DNA from: Candidatus Firestoneibacteriota bacterium
GTDB taxonomy: Bacteria > Oederibacteriota > D2-FULL-39-29 > CAIOVX01
Length of the DNA: 64,000 nt
Assembly (NCBI GenBank): GCA_903894145.1
Contig: CAITPB010000195.1
Location: 3,607 to 67,606 of the forward strand
Direction of reading: 5' to 3'
Shown: positions 37,118 through 46,516 of the stretch, piece after piece
Layout: each line of letters begins with the position of its first letter
How positions within the stretch are numbered: the first letter of the stretch is position 1
The notes under the pieces: generated by a model
Told to the model about the DNA's origin: nothing
Seen by the model: only the letters and a program-made list of their open reading frames with translations
Databases searched by the model: none
Position numbers and translations under genes: made by a program

Positions 37118-38485
37118 CTAGTCAATGAAACTTCCGGGGTTTAGGATGCCTTTCGGGTCGTAGAGTTTCTTCAACTCCCGCATGATTCTTAACTCGTTTT
37201 CTTTCAACTGATAGCCAAGGAATTTCTTCTTACTGACGCCTATCCCGTGCTCGCCGGAGAGCGTTCCGCCGAGAGAAACCACAAAAGGCGTTAACTCGTC
37301 AAGCACCCTGTCTGCCTTTACTTCCTCTTCCTTTGTGTCCAGCAGGAAATGAGGATGCAGGTTCCCGTCGCCGGAGTGGGAGATAAGACCCATCAAAACC
37401 CCGTGCTTGGCGGAGAGTTCGTTTAACCTGGTGATGACCTCATAGAGCCTGCTGACCGGAACCGTAATATCTTCGGCAATGCAAATATTCTTGAGTCTGG
37501 TCATGCTCGGAAAGGCGCTCTTCCTGGCAAGCCATAGTTTATCGCTTTCGGCCGCGGAGGCCGCCTCCTTCTTTCCATAGGCGCCATGCCTGTCAAGCAA
37601 GGCATTCATATCCCTGCCGTCTTCCTCAACCACGCTCTCTTTCCCGTCAAGCTCTATAAGCAACAACGCTTCGGCGGCCTTGTCCAAACCGGCCTTCACA
37701 TAATCTTCAACGGCCCCAATCACCAGCTTGTCAATTATTTCGATAGCGGCAGGGATTAAACCCGATGCAAGGACTTCATTGACGGCCCTGCACGCCGATT
37801 CCATGCTCTTAAAGTGTGCCACAATGACCTTTCTGACTTTTGGTTTCACGACAAGTTTTACGACAACTTGCGTTATTACGCCCAGCGTCCCTTCGGAACC
37901 GCAAAAGAGCGACATGAGGTCGTACCCGACAACATTTTTTTTTGTTTTTGTTCCGAGTTCCAAAATGCTCCCGTCTGCAAGCACTACCGTCAACCCCAGC
38001 AGGTAATCCCTGGTAACGCCGTATTTCACTGCCTTCATGCCTCCGGAATTCAGCGCCACCGAGCCGCCTATGGTCGCTATCTTGCCGCTCCCCAGGTCAA
38101 CAGGATAAGACAAGCCCAGAGGAGAAAGCTCGAGCTCCAGGTCATCAAGCACCTTTCCCGGTTCGATAACCGCAAATCGTTCCTCTTTGTCAATTTTGAC
38201 AGTACGGTTCATCTTTGAGAAAGCAAGAACCACCCCACCCTTTTTCGGGACAGATGCTCCGCAAAGATTTGAACCGGAACCTCTGGAAGTCAGGAAAAAG
38301 CCTTCCCGCCCGGCCAGTTTGACTATCGCAGAAACTTGTTCCGCGCTTTCCGGAAAAACAACCGCATCCGGCAGGCTTTCTTTAAGGTAACCGTCATAAG
38401 AATAGCAAACCAGTTCCTCAAGCGAGGTTTTAAGGTTGTTCTTTCCTGCTATTCTCTCAAGTTCCGCGAGCGCGCTTTTTTCCAT
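37118..38485 (-). CDS. FAD-linked oxidase (GlcD / D-lactate or D-2-hydroxyacid dehydrogenase family)
   Basis: Start moved to MEKSALAEL (38485). FAD_binding_4 region and a C-terminal FAD-oxidase_C region (SGEHGIG). Confidence 0.8.
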   Translation of the reverse strand: MEKSALAELERIAGKNNLKTSLEELVCYSYDGYLKESLPDAVVFPESAEQVSAIVKLAGREGFFLTSRGSGSNLCGASVPKKGGVVLAFSKMNRTVKIDKEERFAVIEPGKVLDDLELELSPLGLSYPVDLGSGKIATIGGSVALNSGGMKAVKYGVTRDYLLGLTVVLADGSILELGTKTKKNVVGYDLMSLFCGSEGTLGVITQVVVKLVVKPKVRKVIVAHFKSMESACRAVNEVLASGLIPAAIEIIDKLVIGAVEDYVKAGLDKAAEALLLIELDGKESVVEEDGRDMNALLDRHGAYGKKEAASAAESDKLWLARKSAFPSMTRLKNICIAEDITVPVSRLYEVITRLNELSAKHGVLMGLISHSGDGNLHPHFLLDTKEEEVKADRVLDELTPFVVSLGGTLSGEHGIGVSKKKFLGYQLKENELRIMRELKKLYDPKGILNPGSFID

Positions 38486-38486
38486 G

Positions 38487-38786
38487 TCAGGGTTTCTTCT
38501 CCTCCGGCGGATTCGGCTTTGCGGCCTCATCGGCGTAATTCAACTGCAGGTTTGTCAGAATCTGTTCGAGAAACTCATTTTCTTTCCCGTTTAAGTTGCC
38601 CTTTGTTTTTTCTTTAAGCATTCGGACAAGTTCTATTGCGCCCTTTGCCTGTTCCAAATCACGCTCGATCTTCTTTGAAACCGGGTTCTCAATCTTGCCC
38701 AGATGCATCATGGCCATACTCTGAAACTGGTACAGCAGTTGAAAGAACAGCATTGAGTGAAGTTCATTCTCGTTTATGTCAGACAT
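38487..38786 (-). CDS. small hypothetical protein (DUF1844-like), first gene of the glcD/glcF-like operon
   Basis: 99 aa. LHSMLFFQLLYQFQSMAMMHLGKIENP resembles the DUF1844 pattern as I recall it. Its stop abuts the glcD-like start. Confidence 0.35.
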   Translation of the reverse strand: MSDINENELHSMLFFQLLYQFQSMAMMHLGKIENPVSKKIERDLEQAKGAIELVRMLKEKTKGNLNGKENEFLEQILTNLQLNYADEAAKPNPPEEKKP

Positions 38787-38835
38787 TTGCCCTCCTCAAT
38801 TTTCAAAATAGAATTTTCTCGAGTTTAATTAATCG

Positions 38836-39825
38836 TTACAACCAGTCATTCTCAATGTACCATTTAGCCGTCAGCGGGATGCCTTTCTTTATGCCAAACT
38901 CCGGTTTGAAACCAAGTTCAGCCTTTGCCTTGCTGATGTCGCAGGCCCAGTTCCCGCTCATCTCGCGCACTTTCTGGCGCGTGAACATCGTTGATTTTCC
39001 GGAACCTTTGGCCACAAGCTCTGAGATAAGCGCGGAAGTCAGTATCAGTCCGACAGGTATCTTCAACTTCAACGCTCTTATGTTCAAAGCAAGGGACATT
39101 TCCCTGTAAACCTCTTCCCAGCTGTGAACCTTTTCATCTGCCACTATATAAATACTACCACTTTTTACGGGAACCTGAGCCGCCAAAACACAGCCCTGAA
39201 TTAGATCGCCGATGTAGCAAAGGTTGAGATATTTTTCTTTTAAGCCAAAGAACGGCTTTACTCTGAATTTTACAGCTTTGAACATTGCCAGCATATCCTC
39301 ATCGCGCGGGCCGTAGATAGCAGGCGGGCGGAGGATGACGACAGGAAGCAGATTCTTTTTCTTCAACACCTCTTCTTCACCTTTCAGCTTGCTTGTTCCG
39401 TAGAAGGTCAGCGGGTTGCAAACCCCGTCCTCGCGTGACGGCTCGGAACCGCAAGAAGGCCCCATCGCGGCCATTGAACTTATGTAAATAAACCTTTTTA
39501 ACTCAGGAGCCTCTGCAAGCGCGGTTTCTATCAGGTTCCCTGTTCCGCCAATATTTACTCTGGCAAAATCATCCCAATTTCTGCCCTGTTTGGCTCCGGC
39601 GCAGTGAAAAACGTAGTCTACTCCGGACAGTAACCCACTCAGGCTCTCTCTCTTTGTTATTTCTCCTTTCACAATACTCACATCCAGGCCTTTAAGCCAC
39701 TTGAGATTTGCCGTGCTTCTTACCAGGCAGCGGACTTTAATGTTATGCTTTAGCAGCTCAGCAGCCAGAAAACTTCCGGTGAAACCGTTTGCTCCTGTTA
39801 TCAGCGCTTCTTCACCGCTTTGCAT
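38836..39825 (-). CDS. NAD-dependent epimerase/dehydratase-family (extended SDR) reductase
   Basis: ITGANGFTGSFLAAELL Rossmann motif plus a YxxxK region. 329 aa. AAGGGG RBS. Confidence 0.8.
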   Translation of the reverse strand: MQSGEEALITGANGFTGSFLAAELLKHNIKVRCLVRSTANLKWLKGLDVSIVKGEITKRESLSGLLSGVDYVFHCAGAKQGRNWDDFARVNIGGTGNLIETALAEAPELKRFIYISSMAAMGPSCGSEPSREDGVCNPLTFYGTSKLKGEEEVLKKKNLLPVVILRPPAIYGPRDEDMLAMFKAVKFRVKPFFGLKEKYLNLCYIGDLIQGCVLAAQVPVKSGSIYIVADEKVHSWEEVYREMSLALNIRALKLKIPVGLILTSALISELVAKGSGKSTMFTRQKVREMSGNWACDISKAKAELGFKPEFGIKKGIPLTAKWYIENDWL

Positions 39826-39854
39826 AGAACCCCTTTAAAATACACAATATTGCC

Positions 39855-39883
39855 TTGACTTGCCCTATAGTGAGTATTATAAT
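39855..39883 (+). promoter_or_regulatory. consensus sigma70 promoter for the SPT-like gene (leader ~100 nt)
   Basis: TTGACT (39855-39860), a 17-nt spacer, then a perfect TATAAT (39878-39883). The spacer also carries a 13-nt identity to the T7 promoter core (reverse orientation). Confidence 0.55.
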
Positions 39884-39991
39884 TAAAAAGTAAGCTGAAT
39901 ACAATTATATTCCTGCAATTACAAGCCGCATAGACTCGCAAAGCGGTATTTTATGATAGATTTCTCAGCGGACTCATAAAAGGAGAGAACA

Positions 39992-41350
39992 ATGGCAAAG
40001 AAGAAAAAGATACTTCGCGGTCTTCGAGTGAACTCAAAACGCGGAATGAAGAACCTTTCCCGTAAGGTCAGCAAGATATACAGAGAGCAGCGATTTAAGG
40101 TAAGGCTTAAAGCCAGGGATACTTTGAAGCTAAGCGAAGAGCATGTGTTTCCTACCGGAACAAAGAAAGGAGACCTTTTCGAGAAAGCCCATAAATTCAA
40201 CACGGCAAAAGAGATAATAGCGGCAGGTGTTTATCCGTATTTCAGGGCAATCGAATCAGGGCAGGATACAGAAGTTGTTTATCATGGCAAAACCCTTATA
40301 ATGATAGGCTCGAATAACTACCTCGGTCTGACCTCAGATCCAAGAGTAAAGGAAGCGTCAATTGAAGCAATCCGGAAGTACGGCACCGGCTGCTCAGGTT
40401 CCAGGTTTCTTAACGGCACGCTTGATCTCCACGTAAAACTTGAAAAAGCTATAGCAGAGTTTGTTGGCAAAGAAGAATCTCTCCTGTATAGTACCGGATT
40501 CACGACAAATGTGGGAGTTGTTTCGACTCTTCCCCAGAAGGACGACATCATTTACTGCGACAGGATAAACCACGCCAGCATTATTGACGGCACAAGGCTC
40601 TCTATAGCAAAAACGGTCAAGTACAAGCACAATGACATGGAGGATCTTGAACGTCTAATTTCAAAGGATAACCCCAGGAAAGGCAAGCTCATTGTTACCG
40701 ACGGTGTCTTCTCAATGGAAGGAGAACTCTGCAAACTGCCTGACATCGTTCGTATCGCACAGAAATACGGCGCCAAGGTAATGGTAGACGACGCGCATTC
40801 CGTAGGCATCTTCGGGAAGACCGGAGCCGGAGTGGCGGAACATTTCGGGCTGGTAGACAAAGTTGATCTCCTTATGGGGACTTTCAGCAAATCTTTTGCG
40901 TCCATGGGCGGCTACATCGCAGGTGATTCAGATGTCATCAGTTACTTAAAGCACACTTCAAGAGCGCAGATATTCCAGGCCTCAATGCCTCCCGCCAATG
41001 TGGCGGCTGCCCTTAAGGCTCTGGAGATAATGAGGTCAGAACCTGAGCGTAAAGAGCACCTCTGGAAGATCGTCGCTTTCATGTTAAAAAGCATAAGGGA
41101 ACTCGGGTTTAAAACGGGACATACCGAATCTGCAATCATACCTATCTTTATCGGCGATGATTTCAGGTGCTTCAAGATGGGAAAAAGGCTCGAAGATGAA
41201 GGCGTGTTTGTGAATCCTGTTGTGTCACCGGCGGTTGCCCAGGGACAGGCTCTTATCAGGACCAGTTTCACGGCAACCCACACCATGAAAGAGATGGAAT
41301 TCGTGCTTGATAAGTTCAAAAAGGTTGGCAAGGAACTCGGCGTAATTTAA
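39992..41350 (+). CDS. spt: alpha-oxoamine synthase family PLP enzyme, serine palmitoyltransferase-like, with a polybasic ~55-aa N-terminal extension
   Basis: VYPYFRAIESGQ...GSNNYLGL...GTGCSGSRFLNGT...GTFSKSF (PLP-lysine) motifs. Overall 452 aa. N-terminus MAKKKKILRGLRVNSKRGMKNLSRKVSKIYREQRFKVRLKARD. AGGAGAG RBS. Confidence 0.6.
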   Translation: MAKKKKILRGLRVNSKRGMKNLSRKVSKIYREQRFKVRLKARDTLKLSEEHVFPTGTKKGDLFEKAHKFNTAKEIIAAGVYPYFRAIESGQDTEVVYHGKTLIMIGSNNYLGLTSDPRVKEASIEAIRKYGTGCSGSRFLNGTLDLHVKLEKAIAEFVGKEESLLYSTGFTTNVGVVSTLPQKDDIIYCDRINHASIIDGTRLSIAKTVKYKHNDMEDLERLISKDNPRKGKLIVTDGVFSMEGELCKLPDIVRIAQKYGAKVMVDDAHSVGIFGKTGAGVAEHFGLVDKVDLLMGTFSKSFASMGGYIAGDSDVISYLKHTSRAQIFQASMPPANVAAALKALEIMRSEPERKEHLWKIVAFMLKSIRELGFKTGHTESAIIPIFIGDDFRCFKMGKRLEDEGVFVNPVVSPAVAQGQALIRTSFTATHTMKEMEFVLDKFKKVGKELGVI

Positions 41351-41373
41351 ACCCGGCCGGCGAGAAACTCACT

Positions 41374-41406
41374 AAAAAGCCCCTGCATTCGCAGGGGCTT
41401 TTATTT
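41374..41406. terminator. bidirectional intrinsic terminator between the spt-like gene (+) and the TPR gene (-)
   Basis: aaaaa-GCCCCTGC-attc-GCAGGGGC-ttttattt. 8-bp GC stem flanked by an A-run and a T-run. Confidence 0.8.
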
Positions 41407-41429
41407 AGACTAACCGTTTGGTTGGTTTC

Positions 41430-43061
41430 CTAGAGGTAGGCTATTTTACTTCTCTTTTTGTCAGGACCGTCCCCGTCTGGACTTTCGTCCTTTGTATCCT
41501 GGACATTTGAGATATCTTCTTCCTGCTGCGCCAAAAGGAGATAGGCTTGATGAAGCTTCGCGCGCACGTCAATATTCCTGGGCTCTTTTTTGAGAACTAT
41601 CCTGCATATCTCAATTGCCTTTTCATAAAAATGGTCTTTTATGTGTTTGTCGGCCAGTTTAAACAGTTCTTCAACAGATTCAACCGGCGTCCTCTGTACC
41701 GTGTCCGGAGAAACAGCTGTCGCAGGACGTAAAGCCGCAGCAGGGGCAGCGTGAATTATTGAAGCGTCTTTTCTTAAAGAATCAATTATGGCGTCCCAGG
41801 CAGGCCCGGGTTTAGCCTTCGCTGCCGGCGCCGTTCTTTCAATAATCGAGCCTTCGTTCTTTGCATCCGCTGCCTTCGCCGCAGGTGAACTTGCGGTTTT
41901 TGCTTTTCCGTCAATTTCCAGTATCAGAGGTTCTTTCTTATCTTCTTCCGAAGCAACCGGGACTGAGGCTGCCGGGGAAGTTTTCTTAGGAACAGCAACC
42001 GTTGGCATTTTGTTGATTGAGGCGTGACTGATTTCTGCGGGCCCTTCTTTACATTCGCATTCCTTACCCGCCGGCTCTTTTGCAGGATTTGCCTTGGGAA
42101 CCAAGTTTTCGTCTGCCCTTGCTCTCTCGATAGCGATTGCAGCGGAATCCTGAGCATTTGCTTTCTTGTATAACTCAGAAGCCGTGCTAAAAACCTCCGC
42201 AGCTTGCTTGCCAAGTCCTGCCGCCTCAAGCGCTTCGCCTCTCTTAAACATTATATCCGGAGAGCCGGAAAGCATGGTTACAGCTTCACTTGAGACTTCC
42301 AGTATTTTTTCTATTTCAGCCCTTTGGAGTGTTTCATCAATCGCGGCCACATAAAAAGGTATCGCCTTATCAATTTCTCCTTTTTTGGCGTGCGCCAACC
42401 CGGCAGCGCGCTGGCAGTCAGGTTCACTCGGGTCTATTTTTATGACCTTTTCAGCGGCAGAAAGAGCCTCGTTTATCTTATTCAGGTAGGAATAGGCTAT
42501 CGAAAGATGCGTCCACGCGCCTGCGTGATTGAGTTTAATTTTTACCAGTTTTTCGAATTCCGTCGCCGCTTCTTTCCACATTGCGCGTTTGAAGCAAACA
42601 AGCCCAAGGATGTAGTAGGCTTCTATGCTCTTCAATTCCACGGCCTTTTTCGCAAACTCTTCCGCCCTGGAAAGGTCTCCGCTCGACATGAAATACTCGG
42701 CAATGGCAAGATATTCAAGCTTAGCCTCGCGCTCCATCTCCTGGGTCACATAGATCTCTGCCGCTTTAATCCTGGAATCTATAGCCACAGGATCCAGCTC
42801 AAACACCTTCTGGAAGAATTTTAGCGCATTCTTGAAAAGGCGGCTTTCATAATAGGCGTTCCCGAGAAGGTGGTATTCGTTGGCTGCTTTTTCTTTCAAC
42901 CCTTTCTCTGAATAAAGTTCCGCGAGGCGTGTGTGTGCCTCGGCATTGTTTGGATCCTGCTCGGCCACATGTTCAAAGAGAGACAGCGCTTTATCAAGCT
43001 CTTTTGCCTGAAGCGCCGTATTGGCCTCGTTCAGATATTTTTTTGCCAGTTCTTCGCTCAT
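41430..43061 (-). CDS. cytoplasmic TPR-repeat protein with a central Ala/Pro/Lys-rich low-complexity linker
   Basis: 543 aa. N- and C-terminal TPR-like helical repeats. The middle ~150 aa is AKAKPGPA/PAAK-rich. Its start abuts the livF stop. Confidence 0.7.
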   Translation of the reverse strand: MSEELAKKYLNEANTALQAKELDKALSLFEHVAEQDPNNAEAHTRLAELYSEKGLKEKAANEYHLLGNAYYESRLFKNALKFFQKVFELDPVAIDSRIKAAEIYVTQEMEREAKLEYLAIAEYFMSSGDLSRAEEFAKKAVELKSIEAYYILGLVCFKRAMWKEAATEFEKLVKIKLNHAGAWTHLSIAYSYLNKINEALSAAEKVIKIDPSEPDCQRAAGLAHAKKGEIDKAIPFYVAAIDETLQRAEIEKILEVSSEAVTMLSGSPDIMFKRGEALEAAGLGKQAAEVFSTASELYKKANAQDSAAIAIERARADENLVPKANPAKEPAGKECECKEGPAEISHASINKMPTVAVPKKTSPAASVPVASEEDKKEPLILEIDGKAKTASSPAAKAADAKNEGSIIERTAPAAKAKPGPAWDAIIDSLRKDASIIHAAPAAALRPATAVSPDTVQRTPVESVEELFKLADKHIKDHFYEKAIEICRIVLKKEPRNIDVRAKLHQAYLLLAQQEEDISNVQDTKDESPDGDGPDKKRSKIAYL

Positions 43062-43766
43062 CTACCCGCCAAGATACGCCTTTTTAATATTCTCGTCATT
43101 CAACAGTTCACCGGATATTCCCGAGAGAACTATTCTTCCATTTTCGACCACGTAAGCCCGGTCAGAGATTTTTAACGCGAGATTCGCGTTCTGTTCCACA
43201 AGCAGGACCGTGGTTCCACTCCGCCGAATCTCGGCGATGACTTTGAAAACTGCCTGCTCCATAAGCGGCGACAGCCCCAGTGACGGCTCATCAAGCAGCA
43301 GCAGCTTTGGCTCATTCATAAGGCCTCTCGCAATGGCAAGCATCTGCTGCTCCCCGCCGCTCAAGGTGCCAGCTTCCTGGCGGGCTCTTTCTTTCAATAC
43401 CGGGAAAAGGCTCATTGCCTTTTCCATGCCCTTCTTGATCGCAACGGGATTTTTCAGGCAGCCGCCCACTTCAAGATTCTCACGAACCGACATCCTGCCG
43501 AATATTCGCCTGCCTTCCGGCACAAGCGATACACCGAGAGCCGCTGTATTGTGCGCCCTGTTTCCTGTAATATCTTTTCCCTCAAAACTGACTGTGCCTC
43601 CGGCAAGTTTCTCCGCCCCGGCAATTCCGTGCAGGATGCTGCTTTTGCCGGCGCCGTTCGCGCCAACAAGAGTCACTATTTCTCCTTTCTCAACTCCCAG
43701 GGACACGCCTCTTACGGCATTTATGCCCCCGTAGTTAATCTCTATTTCGACAACCTCAAGCATCAT
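43062..43766 (-). CDS. livF: branched-chain amino acid ABC transporter ATP-binding protein LivF-type
   Basis: Start at MMLEVVEIEINYGG (43766). Walker A GANGAGKSS. Signature LSGGEQQML. Confidence 0.8.
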   Translation of the reverse strand: MMLEVVEIEINYGGINAVRGVSLGVEKGEIVTLVGANGAGKSSILHGIAGAEKLAGGTVSFEGKDITGNRAHNTAALGVSLVPEGRRIFGRMSVRENLEVGGCLKNPVAIKKGMEKAMSLFPVLKERARQEAGTLSGGEQQMLAIARGLMNEPKLLLLDEPSLGLSPLMEQAVFKVIAEIRRSGTTVLLVEQNANLALKISDRAYVVENGRIVLSGISGELLNDENIKKAYLGG

Positions 43767-43809
43767 TCGGAGGTCTTCAGGTCTGCGCAGCAGGAGAGCA
43801 GAATTATGT

Positions 43810-44583
43810 TCATTGATCCCCTTCTCCCAGGTACGCATCAATTACTTTCTTGTCGTTCCTTACGGCTTCAGGCACTCCCTCGGATATTTTCTCGCCGTAG
43901 TTCAACACAACTATCCTGTCGGAGATCTCCATAACAAAACGCATATCATGTTCTATAATAAGCAGGGCGGTTCCTTTATCCCTGATCTTTCTGATAAGCG
44001 CCGCCAGCGCGTTTGTTTCGGAAGCATTCATTCCTGCGGCAGGCTCATCTAGCAGCAATAAACCAGGCTCAAGCGCAAGCGCTCTTGCAATTTCCAGCCT
44101 GCGCTGGTCGCCGTAAGACAAACTGCTGCCATTAATATACAATTTATCAGATAAATCAACAAATTTCAAGAGTTCCCTGGCTCTTGAATTAACTGATGTT
44201 TCAGCCATTTTGAATTTAGTGGTCCTAAAAACTATGTCGAGTATTGATTCTTCCGTCCTGCAAAATGCACCGCAAAGCACATTGTCAAGCACGCTCATAT
44301 TGGCAAAAAGCCTTATATTCTGGAAAGTCCTCGCGATACCGAGTTCCGCCATGCGGTGAGGCGGGAACCCGTCAATCCTGACGTCCCTTCCCGGCATGCT
44401 AATCCTGCCTTCAGAAGGCCGGTAAATTCCGGTTATGCAGTTAAAGAGAGTTGTTTTTCCGGCGCCGTTCGGCCCTATAATATTTAAGATTTCTCCTTGA
44501 CTGAGGCACAGCGAAACATTGTTTACGGCGGTCAGACCGCCAAACTTTTTTGAAACATTATTAAGTTCAAGGACTGCCGCCAT
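43810..44583 (-). CDS. livG: branched-chain amino acid ABC transporter ATP-binding protein LivG-type
   Basis: GPNGAGKTT Walker A and LSYGDQRRLEIARAL signature. LivG-type C-terminal extension. Confidence 0.8.
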   Translation of the reverse strand: MAAVLELNNVSKKFGGLTAVNNVSLCLSQGEILNIIGPNGAGKTTLFNCITGIYRPSEGRISMPGRDVRIDGFPPHRMAELGIARTFQNIRLFANMSVLDNVLCGAFCRTEESILDIVFRTTKFKMAETSVNSRARELLKFVDLSDKLYINGSSLSYGDQRRLEIARALALEPGLLLLDEPAAGMNASETNALAALIRKIRDKGTALLIIEHDMRFVMEISDRIVVLNYGEKISEGVPEAVRNDKKVIDAYLGEGDQ

Positions 44584-45584
44584 TATCTGTTTCGCTCCCC
44601 GTAAACATTTGAGTCTTCATCATTTTTAATTTCTTCCGTATCCGGAATCAGTTCAGCTTTTCTGCCTGCTTCCGGCAGGATACCCTGCGGTCTGAAAAGC
44701 ATCATGCTTACCAACAACACCCCATAAAGAAGCATCCTATAGGGTTCAAAACCTCCAAGGAAAGTTCTGAGAATTTCAGGCAGAAGGACCAGCATTGAAG
44801 TTCCAACAATAACGCCCGGAATACTTCCTATCCCGCCAACTACTACCATGCAAACGATCAGCACTGATTCATCGAAACCAAAAGAATTCGGATCAACGAA
44901 CGACTGATTAACCGCGAAAAAGAAACCTGCAAGTCCTGCCATTACCGAGCCTATCAGGAACGCCAGTATTTTCATCTTCGTTATGTTTATGCCTGAAGAA
45001 GCGGCGGCAACTTCATCCTCTCTAATTGCCGCCCACGCGCGGCCGATCTTTGAATCCTGTAACCTGTAAAGAAAAAAGACACATATTGAAACACACGAAA
45101 GGGCGCAATAATAAACTGTTCTTTTGTCGGATAGGTTTAGACCAAGAAAAACCGGAGGGGATAAGCTGATGCCTTTGGGGCCGTTAGTGAGCCAGTCCAT
45201 ATTCTTCATAAATAATCTTGTAATCTCTCCGAAACCAAGTGTGACTATAGCTAGATAATCACCCCTTAACCTAAGCACCGGCGCGCCGGAGATGAAGCCG
45301 AAGAGCGCTGTACCAATAACCACAGCTGCGAGCAGGACAGGCAGAGCAATTAGCGGATTCAATAAAGCGGTAACATAGGCTCCAATACCGTAGAAAGCGG
45401 CAAAACCCAGAGCAAGAAGTCCGCAAAAACCAATCACCACATTCAGGCCAAGTGAAAGAATAAGATAAATCACCACAAGCGACAAAACGCCCAGCATGTA
45501 ACTGCCAGAAACCAGCGGGAAAAAAAACGCAGCCGTTAGGAGCAGGCAGCTGATTAATTTGCCTGCAGAATTGTTTATTAGCAT
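44583..45584 (-). CDS. livM: HAAT-family ABC permease (LivM-type); no LivH partner is present
   Basis: 333 aa polytopic BPD_transp_2-type permease. Its stop overlaps the livG start. Confidence 0.75.
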   Translation of the reverse strand: MLINNSAGKLISCLLLTAAFFFPLVSGSYMLGVLSLVVIYLILSLGLNVVIGFCGLLALGFAAFYGIGAYVTALLNPLIALPVLLAAVVIGTALFGFISGAPVLRLRGDYLAIVTLGFGEITRLFMKNMDWLTNGPKGISLSPPVFLGLNLSDKRTVYYCALSCVSICVFFLYRLQDSKIGRAWAAIREDEVAAASSGINITKMKILAFLIGSVMAGLAGFFFAVNQSFVDPNSFGFDESVLIVCMVVVGGIGSIPGVIVGTSMLVLLPEILRTFLGGFEPYRMLLYGVLLVSMMLFRPQGILPEAGRKAELIPDTEEIKNDEDSNVYGERNR

Positions 45585-45649
45585 GAGGTATTATCCGACA
45601 ATCACGCGTTTTTATCAAGAAAAAGCTAAAGCACTCTTCAGCGGGGGCC

Positions 45650-46516
45650 CTATTTCATTGCAAGAAACTTCAGCAAGAGCGGTCCGAATATCACGATAAA
45701 TACTACCGGAAAAATGAAAAATATAAGAGGGAAAAGAAGCTTAACCGGCGCTTCAGCGGCTAGCTTCTCAATTCTGCGCACTTTCTCTGCCCTCGCCGAA
45801 GCGCATTGAGAGCGCAAAGCACCGGCGAGGCCGGTGCCAAATTCAAGCGATCTTGAAACTGCTCCGGTAAAAGTCTCCAGTTCCGGAAGTCCTGATCTCT
45901 CAGCCAGCCCGGAGAGAGCCAGCTGCCTGCTCTTTCCAAGCCTGATTTCCTGCAAATAACAGCGGAATTCCGCTGAGAGGCAGTTTTCATGACTTTTTTC
46001 GGCATATTTGCTGACAGACGCGTCAAGAGTCAGACCTGCCTCCACACAGGAAGCCAAAATATCAAGAGCGGAAGGAAGTTCACTTAGCATTTTCTTTTCG
46101 TATTTATTCCTTGATCTCTTAATTTCAAAATCAGGTAAAAAGAAGAATAAACCTGACACCAGTCCAGCATAGCTCCACGGTACACGCAAACTCACTAAGC
46201 AGACGAAAGAAAGAAGCATATAAATCTCTTTCCTGGCGATAAACTCATCCGCTCCGCAGGTAATTCCGGAACCTGCCTGCGAAAGCTTAATAGCCAGCCG
46301 GACGCGGTATTTCCCGAAAGGAACTTTTCTGTTAAATCTTGACAGCGTTTTACTGACGGTTTTCAGCGGACCGGACAAGAACAAATTCTTTTCTCCGGAC
46401 AAATTCTTTCGCCCGAGCATTCTTCCGAGGGCCAGAGAAGCCTCTTTATCGGCAGCAATCTGAACTGCTATATAAACCGCCAACCCAACCATCAACGCGC
46501 ACGCTGCGGCAGCCAT
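45650..46516 (-). CDS. tadC: type II secretion system F-family (GspF/TadC-like) inner-membrane platform protein
   Basis: 288 aa. Two N-terminal TM segments. T2SSF-like helical domain LPSALDILASCVEAGLTLDASVSKYAEKS. C-terminal TM. Confidence 0.65.
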   Translation of the reverse strand: MAAAACALMVGLAVYIAVQIAADKEASLALGRMLGRKNLSGEKNLFLSGPLKTVSKTLSRFNRKVPFGKYRVRLAIKLSQAGSGITCGADEFIARKEIYMLLSFVCLVSLRVPWSYAGLVSGLFFFLPDFEIKRSRNKYEKKMLSELPSALDILASCVEAGLTLDASVSKYAEKSHENCLSAEFRCYLQEIRLGKSRQLALSGLAERSGLPELETFTGAVSRSLEFGTGLAGALRSQCASARAEKVRRIEKLAAEAPVKLLFPLIFFIFPVVFIVIFGPLLLKFLAMK

